DNA from: Ignicoccus pacificus DSM 13166
GTDB lineage: Archaea > Thermoproteota > Thermoprotei_A > Sulfolobales > Ignicoccaceae
Length of the DNA stretch: 32,000 nucleotides
Reading direction: 5' to 3'
NCBI GenBank assembly: GCA_025340205.1
Contig: CP006868.1
Coordinates: forward strand, 30,001 to 62,000
The stretch's first letter is position 1. Each line of letters begins with the position of its first letter. This document shows positions 9,053 to 16,587 of this stretch, piece after piece. The notes below the pieces were generated by a model, which was given only the letters and a program-made list of their open reading frames with translations, had not been told where the DNA came from and ran no database searches. A program made the translations under genes and the position numbers.

Positions 9053-9430
9053 ATGCTTCCCTTCGGGTTTGGAGGAAAATCCTTAGAAAAGATGTTGAAG
9101 AAGGCTGGGATAAAGATGTATGAAATTGCAGACGCTAGGAGGGTAATCATTGAAACTGATGAGGAGAAGATAATTATTGAGGACCCCAAGGTAATAGAAA
9201 TTGAAATACCAGGAAATCCTAAGGCATACCAAGTGGTTGCCCCTGAGGTTAAGGTGGTGAAGAAGGAGGAGGAAGAGAAGAAGGAGGTTGAGGTGGAAAT
9301 AAGTGAAGAAGACATCAAGTTAGTAGCGGAGGAAACCGGTTGTAGCGAGGAGGAAGCCAGGAAAGCCTTGGAGGAAACCAAAGGAGACATAGCTGAAGCC
9401 ATAGTTAAGCTTCAAGAGAAGGGATGTTAA
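9053..9430 (+). CDS. nac: nascent polypeptide-associated complex protein (NAC + UBA domains)
   Basis: 125 aa. NAC domain (IADARRVIIETDEEKIIIEDPKVIEIEI..AYQV), acidic/basic linker, C-terminal UBA-like EEDIKLVAEETGCSEEEARKALEETKGDIAEAI. Confidence 0.85.
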   Translation: MLPFGFGGKSLEKMLKKAGIKMYEIADARRVIIETDEEKIIIEDPKVIEIEIPGNPKAYQVVAPEVKVVKKEEEEKKEVEVEISEEDIKLVAEETGCSEEEARKALEETKGDIAEAIVKLQEKGC

Positions 9431-10137
9431 CGGGAATCGAGAGAGCGGAGGGCATCTATTAAGTCAGACACGCTATCCGCGAGAGAAACTATCACCGGGA
9501 TTCCCTCTTTTTCAGCTATTCTGACGCTCAACCTGTCTAGCATTACGGGTTTGTGAAGGACAACTAAGCTGGGCTTCCAGTAAGAAACTCTTATTGCTAC
9601 CATTGGTGGCCTTCCCGTACCAACCCTCGTGAAGACGACGACTTTCTTGTACGACATCCCCATTAGCACAGTGAAATCCTTAGCGTCCAATTCCTCTATC
9701 GTTTTCAAACTATCCATTACCAAATAACCATAAACGGTTTCTGTGGGTTTGAAGGTAGAGTTTAGCAAATACCCCTTAGTCGCCGTCAGGATCTCTTCAA
9801 AGGTTACAGCCCTTTTGTACTCCCAAAGGTCGATCGCTTGCGCGCTTATACCGAAGAACCTTTGGGCCAAAAGTCTCGTTACCCTCCATCCTCTCATGTG
9901 GTCTATTTCAAGAAGTGCGTTAACGTACCTCTTGATAAACTTGCTTCCCGGGACTCTCTTTCCCTTTTCGTAATCGCTTATGACGCTTGGAGCGACACTC
10001 ATTACCTTAGAGACCTCAGTTTGAGTGACTTCGAATATTTCCCTCCATTTCTTCATCGCTCTTCCGGGTTCGTCGGCTAAGGCGATCTCACCGGCTATAC
10101 GCTTTGCCACTTCTTGGATGACAAAGGGTGGGAGCAA
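9427..10137 (-). CDS. HTH (XRE-type) transcriptional regulator with C-terminal uncharacterised domain
   Basis: 236 aa. HTH_3-like TQTEVSKVMSVAPSVISDYEKGKRVP near the N-terminus. TTG start with TATA-like cattaaatag (rc of 10170-10179) about 35 nt upstream. Confidence 0.75.
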   Translation of the reverse strand: MLPPFVIQEVAKRIAGEIALADEPGRAMKKWREIFEVTQTEVSKVMSVAPSVISDYEKGKRVPGSKFIKRYVNALLEIDHMRGWRVTRLLAQRFFGISAQAIDLWEYKRAVTFEEILTATKGYLLNSTFKPTETVYGYLVMDSLKTIEELDAKDFTVLMGMSYKKVVVFTRVGTGRPPMVAIRVSYWKPSLVVLHKPVMLDRLSVRIAEKEGIPVIVSLADSVSDLIDALRSLDSR

Positions 10138-10180
10138 CGTATATGGACCCTGAGGAGGGGAGGAAGGGCTATTTAATGAA

Positions 10181-10294
10181 TGGTGGGCCCGCCGGGATTT
10201 GAACCCGGGGCCACGGGGACCCGAGTCGGGCGCCGACCCAAGAAGCGGGGTGGCGGCGTACCCCGCATCCTAGTCCAAGCTAGACGACGGGCCC
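10181..10294 (-). tRNA. tRNA-Pro, most simply anticodon CGG, with 35 nt of intervening sequence in the anticodon arm; CCA encoded
   Basis: The reverse complement folds by hand as follows.
- Acceptor: GGGCCCG/CGGGCCC.
- D arm: GTCT-AGCTTGGACTA-GGAT.
- Anticodon stem: CGGGG/CCCCG.
- Variable loop: TGGCC.
- T arm: CCGGG-TTCAAAT-CCCGG.
- Discriminator A, then CCA.
A 79 nt mature tRNA plus 35 nt extra gives 114 nt. The loop CTCGGGT (G37 typical of Pro) lies next to the 3' anticodon stem strand. Anticodon at 10221-10223. Confidence 0.8.
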
Positions 10295-10321
10295 AGCCGT
10301 GGGTTGCACGCTCCAGATACC

Positions 10322-10328
10322 TTAAAAG
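10322..10328. promoter_or_regulatory. quasi-palindromic TATA box between the divergent tRNA-Pro and ferredoxin-like gene
   Basis: ttaaaag is centred 31 nt from the tRNA 5' end (10294, minus strand) and 35 nt from ATG 10360 (plus strand). Confidence 0.4.
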
Positions 10329-10359
10329 TATTGTGCGCAGGAAAGGTCTCGGTAATCCG

Positions 10360-11910
10360 ATGAAAGTTAAGGTACTGGTGCTTAGCGGAGGAGATGATGT
10401 CTTTAAGGGCCTTAAAAGGATAGATAAAGATAGTATCTATAAGGCTCTAGAAGAAGGAAGTGTGATAGTGGTTGGCGAGGCGGATGAAATAGTATCATTT
10501 GTTAATGAATTAAACAGTCCTTATTGGCATCGCTTGTTTCTCTGTCCGATAGGATGTAACGAGGCTCTGATCGAAGCCCTGGCGAAAAGCGCTGAAGATT
10601 GGAAATATGATTATTCAGTTCAGCTAAAACCGGCGAAAATCGCCAAGGAGAAGGTGAATAGAAAGGAATTCTTGAGAGAGCTCTTCAAGGTTGTCGTAAG
10701 AGGCGGGGTTATTCCGCTTCCATCCCACTACATATCGGCTAGATGCGCTTCTCCTTATTGTATGGAATGTAAGTCCGTATGTCCTACGAATGCTGTAATC
10801 TTGAAGGATAGGCACGTCATAGTAGATCCCGACAAGTGTACGGGTTGTGGCAAGTGCGTGCTCGCCTGCCCCACTCGATCTCTTTACATGCCGGGCCTTG
10901 ATGAAAGAACCGTAGTCAAGGCTCTAAAGGTCTACGGTGAAAGTATCAGCAAAGTTGTCTTTGTGAAGAAGGATATGCTAAAAAGAGAACATCTGAATCC
11001 AACTTGGTTGACCTTATTATGGTTAGAAAGAGATGAGGTATTAGAGAAGTACATAAGGAGAAGCCTCAGAAAAGAGACATGCTTTAATGATGAATGCTAT
11101 TCTCCTGAAGAAATCGAAGCGGAGGATTGCAAGCTCTTAAACGAACTGTTCTCGATAGATGAATACTTGTATGAATTAATTAAGTTTGGCGTGTTTGAGA
11201 GGAGATATCTCGTTGAAATTGATCAAGATCTATGTACCCTGTGCTCCGAGTGTGTGAGGGCATGTCCTACGGGAGCATTAGAGGAGACTTACCTAGCTAT
11301 TGATCAGAAAGCAATAGCGTTCAACCCGTTCTCATGCGTGGGTTGTCAAGCTTGCGCGAGGGCATGTCCTCCCGAAAGGGAGATTATGAAATTGAAGATA
11401 CCAATTCATGTTATACAAGTCAAAGAGACGAAGGAGATCAATTGTGAAAAGATGACGCTAGTAGTAGAGGGACAGAAAGGCTTCAAGTGTTTCCTTTGTG
11501 GAAGGAACATTATCGTACCAGAAAGTAACTATATGAACCTTTACAATTCAATAAATATCTTGGTAAACAACTACGTAAAACAAGGACTAAAAGAGGAAGA
11601 GATAATAGAGAAACTTTTCGATGTCTTGAGTTTATCAATAAGCGAGGTTCTGTGTGAAGATTGTAAGAGAAACTTAGCTATGGCGTTGAAGAAGATGAGC
11701 GAGGCGGGGAAGCACGTTGCCCTTGAGAGGCTCGTGTTGAAGCTGCTGGTGTTGTACTTATCGTGTCTTCAGAGGAAGCGTAACCTCTTTCCGCAAGATA
11801 TACTGGAAAATGAGAACGTGAGGAAGCTCTTCAAGTTGGAATGGGTAAGGGATCCTTGCGAGGAATGGGAAAATGTGAGAAGGGTGATAGACCTCAAGAG
11901 GCTAGGGTAA
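10360..11910 (+). CDS. multi-cluster ferredoxin-domain protein (two 2x[4Fe-4S] domains) with unknown N- and C-terminal domains
   Basis: The start is trimmed to ATG 10360 (MKVKVLVLSGGDD) because the first 60 codons of the track ORF are antisense to the tRNA. Cluster motifs: CxxxxCxxCxxxCP, CTGCGKCVLACP, CTLCSECVRACP, CVGCQACARACP. A later CFLC...CEDC pair is also present. Confidence 0.75.
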   Translation: MKVKVLVLSGGDDVFKGLKRIDKDSIYKALEEGSVIVVGEADEIVSFVNELNSPYWHRLFLCPIGCNEALIEALAKSAEDWKYDYSVQLKPAKIAKEKVNRKEFLRELFKVVVRGGVIPLPSHYISARCASPYCMECKSVCPTNAVILKDRHVIVDPDKCTGCGKCVLACPTRSLYMPGLDERTVVKALKVYGESISKVVFVKKDMLKREHLNPTWLTLLWLERDEVLEKYIRRSLRKETCFNDECYSPEEIEAEDCKLLNELFSIDEYLYELIKFGVFERRYLVEIDQDLCTLCSECVRACPTGALEETYLAIDQKAIAFNPFSCVGCQACARACPPEREIMKLKIPIHVIQVKETKEINCEKMTLVVEGQKGFKCFLCGRNIIVPESNYMNLYNSINILVNNYVKQGLKEEEIIEKLFDVLSLSISEVLCEDCKRNLAMALKKMSEAGKHVALERLVLKLLVLYLSCLQRKRNLFPQDILENENVRKLFKLEWVRDPCEEWENVRRVIDLKRLG

Positions 11911-11977
11911 AGCCCCAAGGTACCCTAGTTACGAGAGAGTTTTACGGGCTTCCTCCACCCAATCGTGGAGATAAGTA

Positions 11978-13255
11978 ATGGCTGGAATAGCAGCGGTGCT
12001 GGCCTTCGATCCAGCATGGAACGTCGCCAGATTCAACTACTATTCTCTCCTAGCCCTTCAACACAGGGGACAAGAAGAGGCGTGTATGTTCATATCTGAT
12101 GGAAGCAGGATAGAATGGGTTTGTGGCAAAGGTTTTGTCGATGAAGTCTTACCTCAAGCCACCAAGATAAGCGGATGGGCCGCCATCGGAGGAGTCTGGA
12201 GCGAGTCCCCTGGTTATCATGGCTTTGCTGAAGGTGATGGAGAAGTAGCCGTAGTGATCGATGGAAAATTGTTCAGCAAGACACCCGAAGAGCTAGCCAA
12301 GGAGATATTGAAGGCTAAAGCTGAAGGTCTTGAAGGAATAGAAATAGCAAAGAAGGTGTTTCCCAAGTTCTCCGGTACTTATTCAGCCCTAGCTCTAACA
12401 TCGGATGGAGAAATACTAGCTTATCGCTCCCCTCCTGCCGTAAGGCCTCTCCAACTTGGCGGATTCGGATTCGATATGGCTGTGTTCGCTTCAGAGAGTG
12501 TGGCGTTTGACGTCATCGGTGCCGATCTAAAGAAAGACCTTGAGGTAGGGGAGGCATTTTACGTAAGTCAACTACTGATGGAGCACGAGGTTCTGATTAA
12601 GGCAAAGAAGAAACTATGTGTATTTGAGTATATCTACAACGCTAGGCCAGATTCTGTGATAGATGGAATCGAAGTTTATGAGGTAAGGGAGAGGCTAGGA
12701 AAGAGACTCGCTGAACTCTATCCTAGAGATGTGGACACTGTGGTAGGGGTCCCAGAAACCGCCATTCCGTTCGCCATAGGTTACAGCAAGACCTCCGGTA
12801 AGGACTATCGCTTAGGCTTCGTTCCTACGGGAAGGAAGGCCAGAACCGCTATTAGGCCCGATCTAATGGAGAGAGTTATAGGCGTACAGTTGAAGCTCAA
12901 TCCTATAAGATCAACCTTCAGAAAGAAGAGAGTATTAATAATAGATGATAGCGTAGTGAGAGGACTCACGTTGAAGACCGTTATTCAGACGCTGAAGAAC
13001 AGAGTGGGCGTAGTTTCCATAGACGTTCTTATAGGTAGCCCTAAGATAGTAGCCCCTTGTCACTACGGCGTCGAGGTACCGCCAACGGACCAACTAATAG
13101 CGGCGAAGATGAGCGATGAGGAGATAGCGAAGTACATTGGAGCGAGAAGCATAGCATGGTTGCCCGTTGAAGAACTGCCCAAGATAGTGGGGGTTCCGGA
13201 GGAAGAACTATGTATGGCTTGCTTCACAGGTAAGTATCCCGTGGAAAACAAATAA
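11978..13255 (+). CDS. purF: amidophosphoribosyltransferase-like protein (PurF family) lacking the N-terminal catalytic cysteine
   Basis: 425 aa. PurF blocks LALQHRGQE, CVFEYIYNARPDS, VGVPETAIPFAIGYS, LIIDDSVVRGLT, APCHYGVE, CMACFTGKYP. The N-terminus is MAGIAAV rather than MCGI, and a TAA two codons upstream fixes the start. Confidence 0.8.
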   Translation: MAGIAAVLAFDPAWNVARFNYYSLLALQHRGQEEACMFISDGSRIEWVCGKGFVDEVLPQATKISGWAAIGGVWSESPGYHGFAEGDGEVAVVIDGKLFSKTPEELAKEILKAKAEGLEGIEIAKKVFPKFSGTYSALALTSDGEILAYRSPPAVRPLQLGGFGFDMAVFASESVAFDVIGADLKKDLEVGEAFYVSQLLMEHEVLIKAKKKLCVFEYIYNARPDSVIDGIEVYEVRERLGKRLAELYPRDVDTVVGVPETAIPFAIGYSKTSGKDYRLGFVPTGRKARTAIRPDLMERVIGVQLKLNPIRSTFRKKRVLIIDDSVVRGLTLKTVIQTLKNRVGVVSIDVLIGSPKIVAPCHYGVEVPPTDQLIAAKMSDEEIAKYIGARSIAWLPVEELPKIVGVPEEELCMACFTGKYPVENK

Positions 13256-13287
13256 GGGACTGAGCGCGTTCGCTTTACGGTGCTATC

Positions 13288-13695
13288 GTGAAAGGAAAGA
13301 AGAATAACAATGTGAAGTTTCTAATACTCTCGTTCTCCATGTTCGTACTGTTCGCGGCCGTAGGACTCTACGCTACCTCCAGTTCCTCCTACTTGGACAT
13401 CTCAGAGCTTCTCCATAAGAGACCCGGCGTCTACATGGTCAGGGGAATAGTCGACTCATGGAAGGTCGAGGGAAATAACCTCGTAGTAGTACTTAAGGGC
13501 AAGGATGGTAGCAAGGTCTTAGCATATGTGCCGATAAGCTATATAGAGAGAAAGTATGGACCACTAAACCAAGTGATAATAAACAAAGGAGGCGAAATGG
13601 TAGTTAAGGGTTATTGGAACGGCAAGACCTTCGAAGTCAGTGACATTCTGAAGGGTTGTCATAGCGCATATCAGCAGCCCACCGCCAGCACCTAA
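13288..13695 (+). CDS. ccmE: cytochrome c maturation heme chaperone CcmE, CxxxY variant
   Basis: 135 aa. Basic N-terminus, one TM helix, OB-fold-like body (VRGIVDSWKVEGNNLVVVL...VVKGYW), and C-terminal ILKGCHSAY aligning with the bacterial VLAKHDENY heme-binding motif (His replaced by Cys). Confidence 0.7.
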   Translation: MKGKKNNNVKFLILSFSMFVLFAAVGLYATSSSSYLDISELLHKRPGVYMVRGIVDSWKVEGNNLVVVLKGKDGSKVLAYVPISYIERKYGPLNQVIINKGGEMVVKGYWNGKTFEVSDILKGCHSAYQQPTAST

Positions 13696-13711
13696 ACAGG
13701 GAAGTTACACA

Positions 13712-14371
13712 TTGAGGTCGTTTCTTAGCTTAGTACTCAAGGACGTAAAGGAGGAGACGAGGAGGCCTCATGAACCTCTAGCGCTGGCATCCTTGGCAGC
13801 AGCCTTTGCCCTTCCAATATCATACCTAATTTCTGGACCGGGTACAACGGTCAACGGAATTGTTGAAGCATCAAACCTAGTAGTTATAGGACAAATAGCC
13901 TTGACCATTTTAATAACATCACTTCTCGGATTCCTATTAATTATAAGGGAGGCCGAGAGAGGAACCATTTACGCTCTAAAGTTGGCACCCATAACTCCCG
14001 AGGTAATGTTCCTCTCCAAAGTATTAGTGATATTCATATTCATGGTTCCTCTAAGCTTAGTTTACTTGTTCGTCACGAGCTTCTTAGGTGCTATGAGCTT
14101 TGTAACCTTAAATTACTTGGTATACATCTTATCGCTGAGTCTCTATATGTCCGCATTAGGCTCATTGGTTTCGTTCATGATAATATATACGGACGTGGGT
14201 ACCTTGCTCGCCTCTGTAGCGATAGCTGCCCTCTCAGCACCTTACTTGTTTAGCACCGCTCCTACTGCTGTTGATTGTATAGTAGGGTCTCCTTCTCTGG
14301 GCTTCGTGTACCCATCCGTAGCGTTCCTCGTATTAGCGACCTTGTTAGGTAAATTCCTAATAGAACTATGA
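13712..14371 (+). CDS. ccmB: CcmB-like heme exporter permease
   Basis: 219 aa with about 6 TM segments. LKDVKEETRRPHEPL and REAERGTIYALKLAPITPEVMFLSKVL align by eye with E. coli CcmB LELRVAFRHSAEIANPL and FRDDLQDGSLEQLMLLPLPLPAVVLAKVM. TTG start 16 nt after ccmE. Confidence 0.6.
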   Translation: MRSFLSLVLKDVKEETRRPHEPLALASLAAAFALPISYLISGPGTTVNGIVEASNLVVIGQIALTILITSLLGFLLIIREAERGTIYALKLAPITPEVMFLSKVLVIFIFMVPLSLVYLFVTSFLGAMSFVTLNYLVYILSLSLYMSALGSLVSFMIIYTDVGTLLASVAIAALSAPYLFSTAPTAVDCIVGSPSLGFVYPSVAFLVLATLLGKFLIEL

Positions 14372-14429
14372 TTTGGTATATATTGCTAATATAGTTCAAT
14401 TCACTTAATCATGCAGAAATCCGTAGCTC

Positions 14430-14437
14430 TTTTATCA
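14430..14437 (+). promoter_or_regulatory. TATA-like box of the nuo operon
   Basis: ttttatca is centred about 27 nt before GTG 14461, in the 89 nt gap after ccmB. Confidence 0.4.
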
Positions 14438-14460
14438 ATAGACCCCGCCCCCATCTGGGG

Positions 14461-16584
14461 GTGTACACAAAAGTGGAGGCTACTGTTCATCCGGTCCAAC
14501 CAACGCACGCCGTCCAGCCCGCTCCGATGGAGCTAGCGATAGCCTCGTTAGTACCCATAGCGATACCCTTGATAATGAGCATAGTTGTTCTTACTAGCCC
14601 TCTTTACAAGAAGTTCAAATATAAACCATCTTGGGCAGGCAATAGGGATGACTGGTGGGAGTGGAGCTTAGCAGTAATAACGGGCGGAATAGTAGTTCTC
14701 TCCTCCTTCGTTCTCGTAAGCTATGGATTCGGGCATTCATACTTAGCTAAATTCTACGATTGGTATCCCCTCCCCGGTAGCGACAATTACTTCGCATTGT
14801 ACATAGATACAATTTCGTCAGTAATGGCTTTAGTCGTATCCATAATCACCTTCTTGGACCTTGTGTACAGCTGGGAGTACATGGCTGGTGCTAGAGGTCC
14901 TAATAGGTACTATAGTGAAATGCTTCTCTTCCTCGCAGCCATGGAAGGTATAGTGTTGTCAGCCAATATAATACTGATACTGTTGTTCTGGGAGCTGGTG
15001 GGAGCAGCCTCCTTCTTGCTAATATCCTATTACTGGTATGATCCAAAGATAGGACCCAATGCAGTTAGAGCTGGTAGGAAGGCTATTCTTGTAACTAGAA
15101 TAGCAGATCTGTTCTTCCTAGCTGGAGTTGGTGCCTTAGTGGCTCTCGCTGGTACGGGTAACTTCTTACACTTAGCCAATGACGTTTATCTAATCCATAA
15201 CAAGTGGCTCGGAGCGGTAGCCCTAACTGCTATACTCTTTGGCATAACCATAGGCGCCCTCGGAAAGAGCGCTCAGATACCCTTCTGGCCTTGGCTATCA
15301 GATGCCATGGAAGGACCGACTACCGTCTCGGCGGTCCTTCACTCGGCAACGATGGTCGCAGCAGGTGCTTACCTAATAGCTAGGTTATTCCCATTGTACG
15401 ACATGTATATAATGTATAACCTAACGTTGATGGACTTCATTGCCGTTATCGGTGCTATAACGGCCTTCGTTGCCGGACTCTTCGGAGCGGCGGCTAGGGA
15501 CATAAAGAAGGTCATCGCGTTCTCAACGATGAGCCAACTAGGCTACATGTTCTCAGCTCTAGGACTAGGGAGCTTACTAGCCGGAGCTGCTCACCTCTAC
15601 ATCCACGCATTCTTCAAGGCACTACTCTTCCTTGGAGCCGGTGCAGTAATCCATTCCCTAGAGCACATCCTTCACGATCCCTACGAGGCCAGAGACATGT
15701 TCAACATGGGTGGACTCTGGAAGTACATGAAAATAACGTTCGTGACAACTCTGATAGCCCTACTGAGCCTAGTCGGGATACCTCCCTTTGCCGGTTGGTG
15801 GTCGAAGGAGCTAATAATCGAAAGTGCGGTCACCAGCCCAGTCCCCCATGCCTTGATAGCCGGCGTATTGCTAACTCTCGCCGCGGGCCTTACTGGATTC
15901 TATAGTGGAAGGTTGCTCTACTTAACGTTCTTTGGTAGAGAGAGATGGAAGGAAAAGCATCCAGAGGCACACGTTCATGAAGCCGGTCCTGCGATGAGGT
16001 TCGCTCTAGTGGCAATGGCGCTGATAGTGTTAATCTCTGGTCCAACTATAGTGCTTAATCTAGAACAAGTCATACACGTAACTCATGAAGTGCATAGAGA
16101 ATTACCGATAAGCCTCGGGAACACCGCTCTCACCTTAGCGATAATAGGTTTCCTATTACCAATCGCGTACTATGGAACTTTAGGAGTGGCGGAGAGGAGA
16201 GGAATACTCCACAAGCTTTGGTATCCGTTCTATAAGGAGTTCTGGTTCCACGAGTTCTTCCACGGCATAGCGAGGTTCTGGATAAGGGCAGTAGCGGGCT
16301 TTACGGATATGGTAGAGAAAGCCTATACTAAGTTCTTGGTTACCACGGCGTTTGCTATAGGAAGGACTTACGCTTGGGTTTGGGCTCTGAGCGTTAGACT
16401 AGCTGATGAAGAGTATTGGGACGTAAAGGTAATAGATGGTTTTGGTCGTCTAACCGCAAGACTTGGAAGAGCTCTCTGGAGACTTCAATCAGGGGATATA
16501 AACCTATACCTCGCATTAGCGGTGGCTGGATTCGCCGTGTTGATGTTCATCACACTAATACTGGTCGTAGGAGTGGGGTGGTAA
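14461..16584 (+). CDS. nuoL: NADH-quinone oxidoreductase subunit L (antiporter-like, NuoL/MnhA family)
   Basis: Motifs WELVGAASFLLISYYW and AQIPFWPWLSDAMEGPTTVSAVLHSATMVAAGAYLIARL, plus a long C-terminal extension as in NuoL. GTG 14461 fits a leaderless start after the TATA at 14430-14437. ATG 14527 (MELAIASLVPIAIPL) is an alternative start. Confidence 0.85.
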   Translation: MYTKVEATVHPVQPTHAVQPAPMELAIASLVPIAIPLIMSIVVLTSPLYKKFKYKPSWAGNRDDWWEWSLAVITGGIVVLSSFVLVSYGFGHSYLAKFYDWYPLPGSDNYFALYIDTISSVMALVVSIITFLDLVYSWEYMAGARGPNRYYSEMLLFLAAMEGIVLSANIILILLFWELVGAASFLLISYYWYDPKIGPNAVRAGRKAILVTRIADLFFLAGVGALVALAGTGNFLHLANDVYLIHNKWLGAVALTAILFGITIGALGKSAQIPFWPWLSDAMEGPTTVSAVLHSATMVAAGAYLIARLFPLYDMYIMYNLTLMDFIAVIGAITAFVAGLFGAAARDIKKVIAFSTMSQLGYMFSALGLGSLLAGAAHLYIHAFFKALLFLGAGAVIHSLEHILHDPYEARDMFNMGGLWKYMKITFVTTLIALLSLVGIPPFAGWWSKELIIESAVTSPVPHALIAGVLLTLAAGLTGFYSGRLLYLTFFGRERWKEKHPEAHVHEAGPAMRFALVAMALIVLISGPTIVLNLEQVIHVTHEVHRELPISLGNTALTLAIIGFLLPIAYYGTLGVAERRGILHKLWYPFYKEFWFHEFFHGIARFWIRAVAGFTDMVEKAYTKFLVTTAFAIGRTYAWVWALSVRLADEEYWDVKVIDGFGRLTARLGRALWRLQSGDINLYLALAVAGFAVLMFITLILVVGVGW

Positions 16585-16587
16585 GCC

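Noticed and set aside
9013-9402. 129 aa Ser-rich ORF antisense to the NAC gene
   Set aside because: It is a shadow of the GAA/GAG/AAG-rich NAC linker. The NAC call on the plus strand is strong.
10181-10294. tRNA genes as integration sites of a mobile element or provirus
   Set aside because: There is no integrase, no partitioned int fragment, no long direct repeat of a tRNA 3' half and no cluster of small unknown ORFs beside either tRNA. The neighbouring genes are housekeeping. Only the 11 nt mimic after tRNA-iMet remains, and it is reported separately at low interest.
10180-10359. First 60 codons of the 576 aa track ORF (MVGPPGFEPGATG...)
   Set aside because: This stretch is the antisense of the tRNA-Pro gene and its promoter. 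The translation is Gly/Pro/Arg-rich junk. A TATA box at 10322-10328 and ATG 10360 give a sensible start.
14446-14459. CCCCC-ATCT-GGGGG hairpin just before the nuoL start, considered as a terminator or attenuator
   Set aside because: Archaeal terminators are oligo-T based and none is adjacent. The hairpin lies between the TATA-like box and the likely transcription start, so it may not be transcribed at all. It is kept only as a note.
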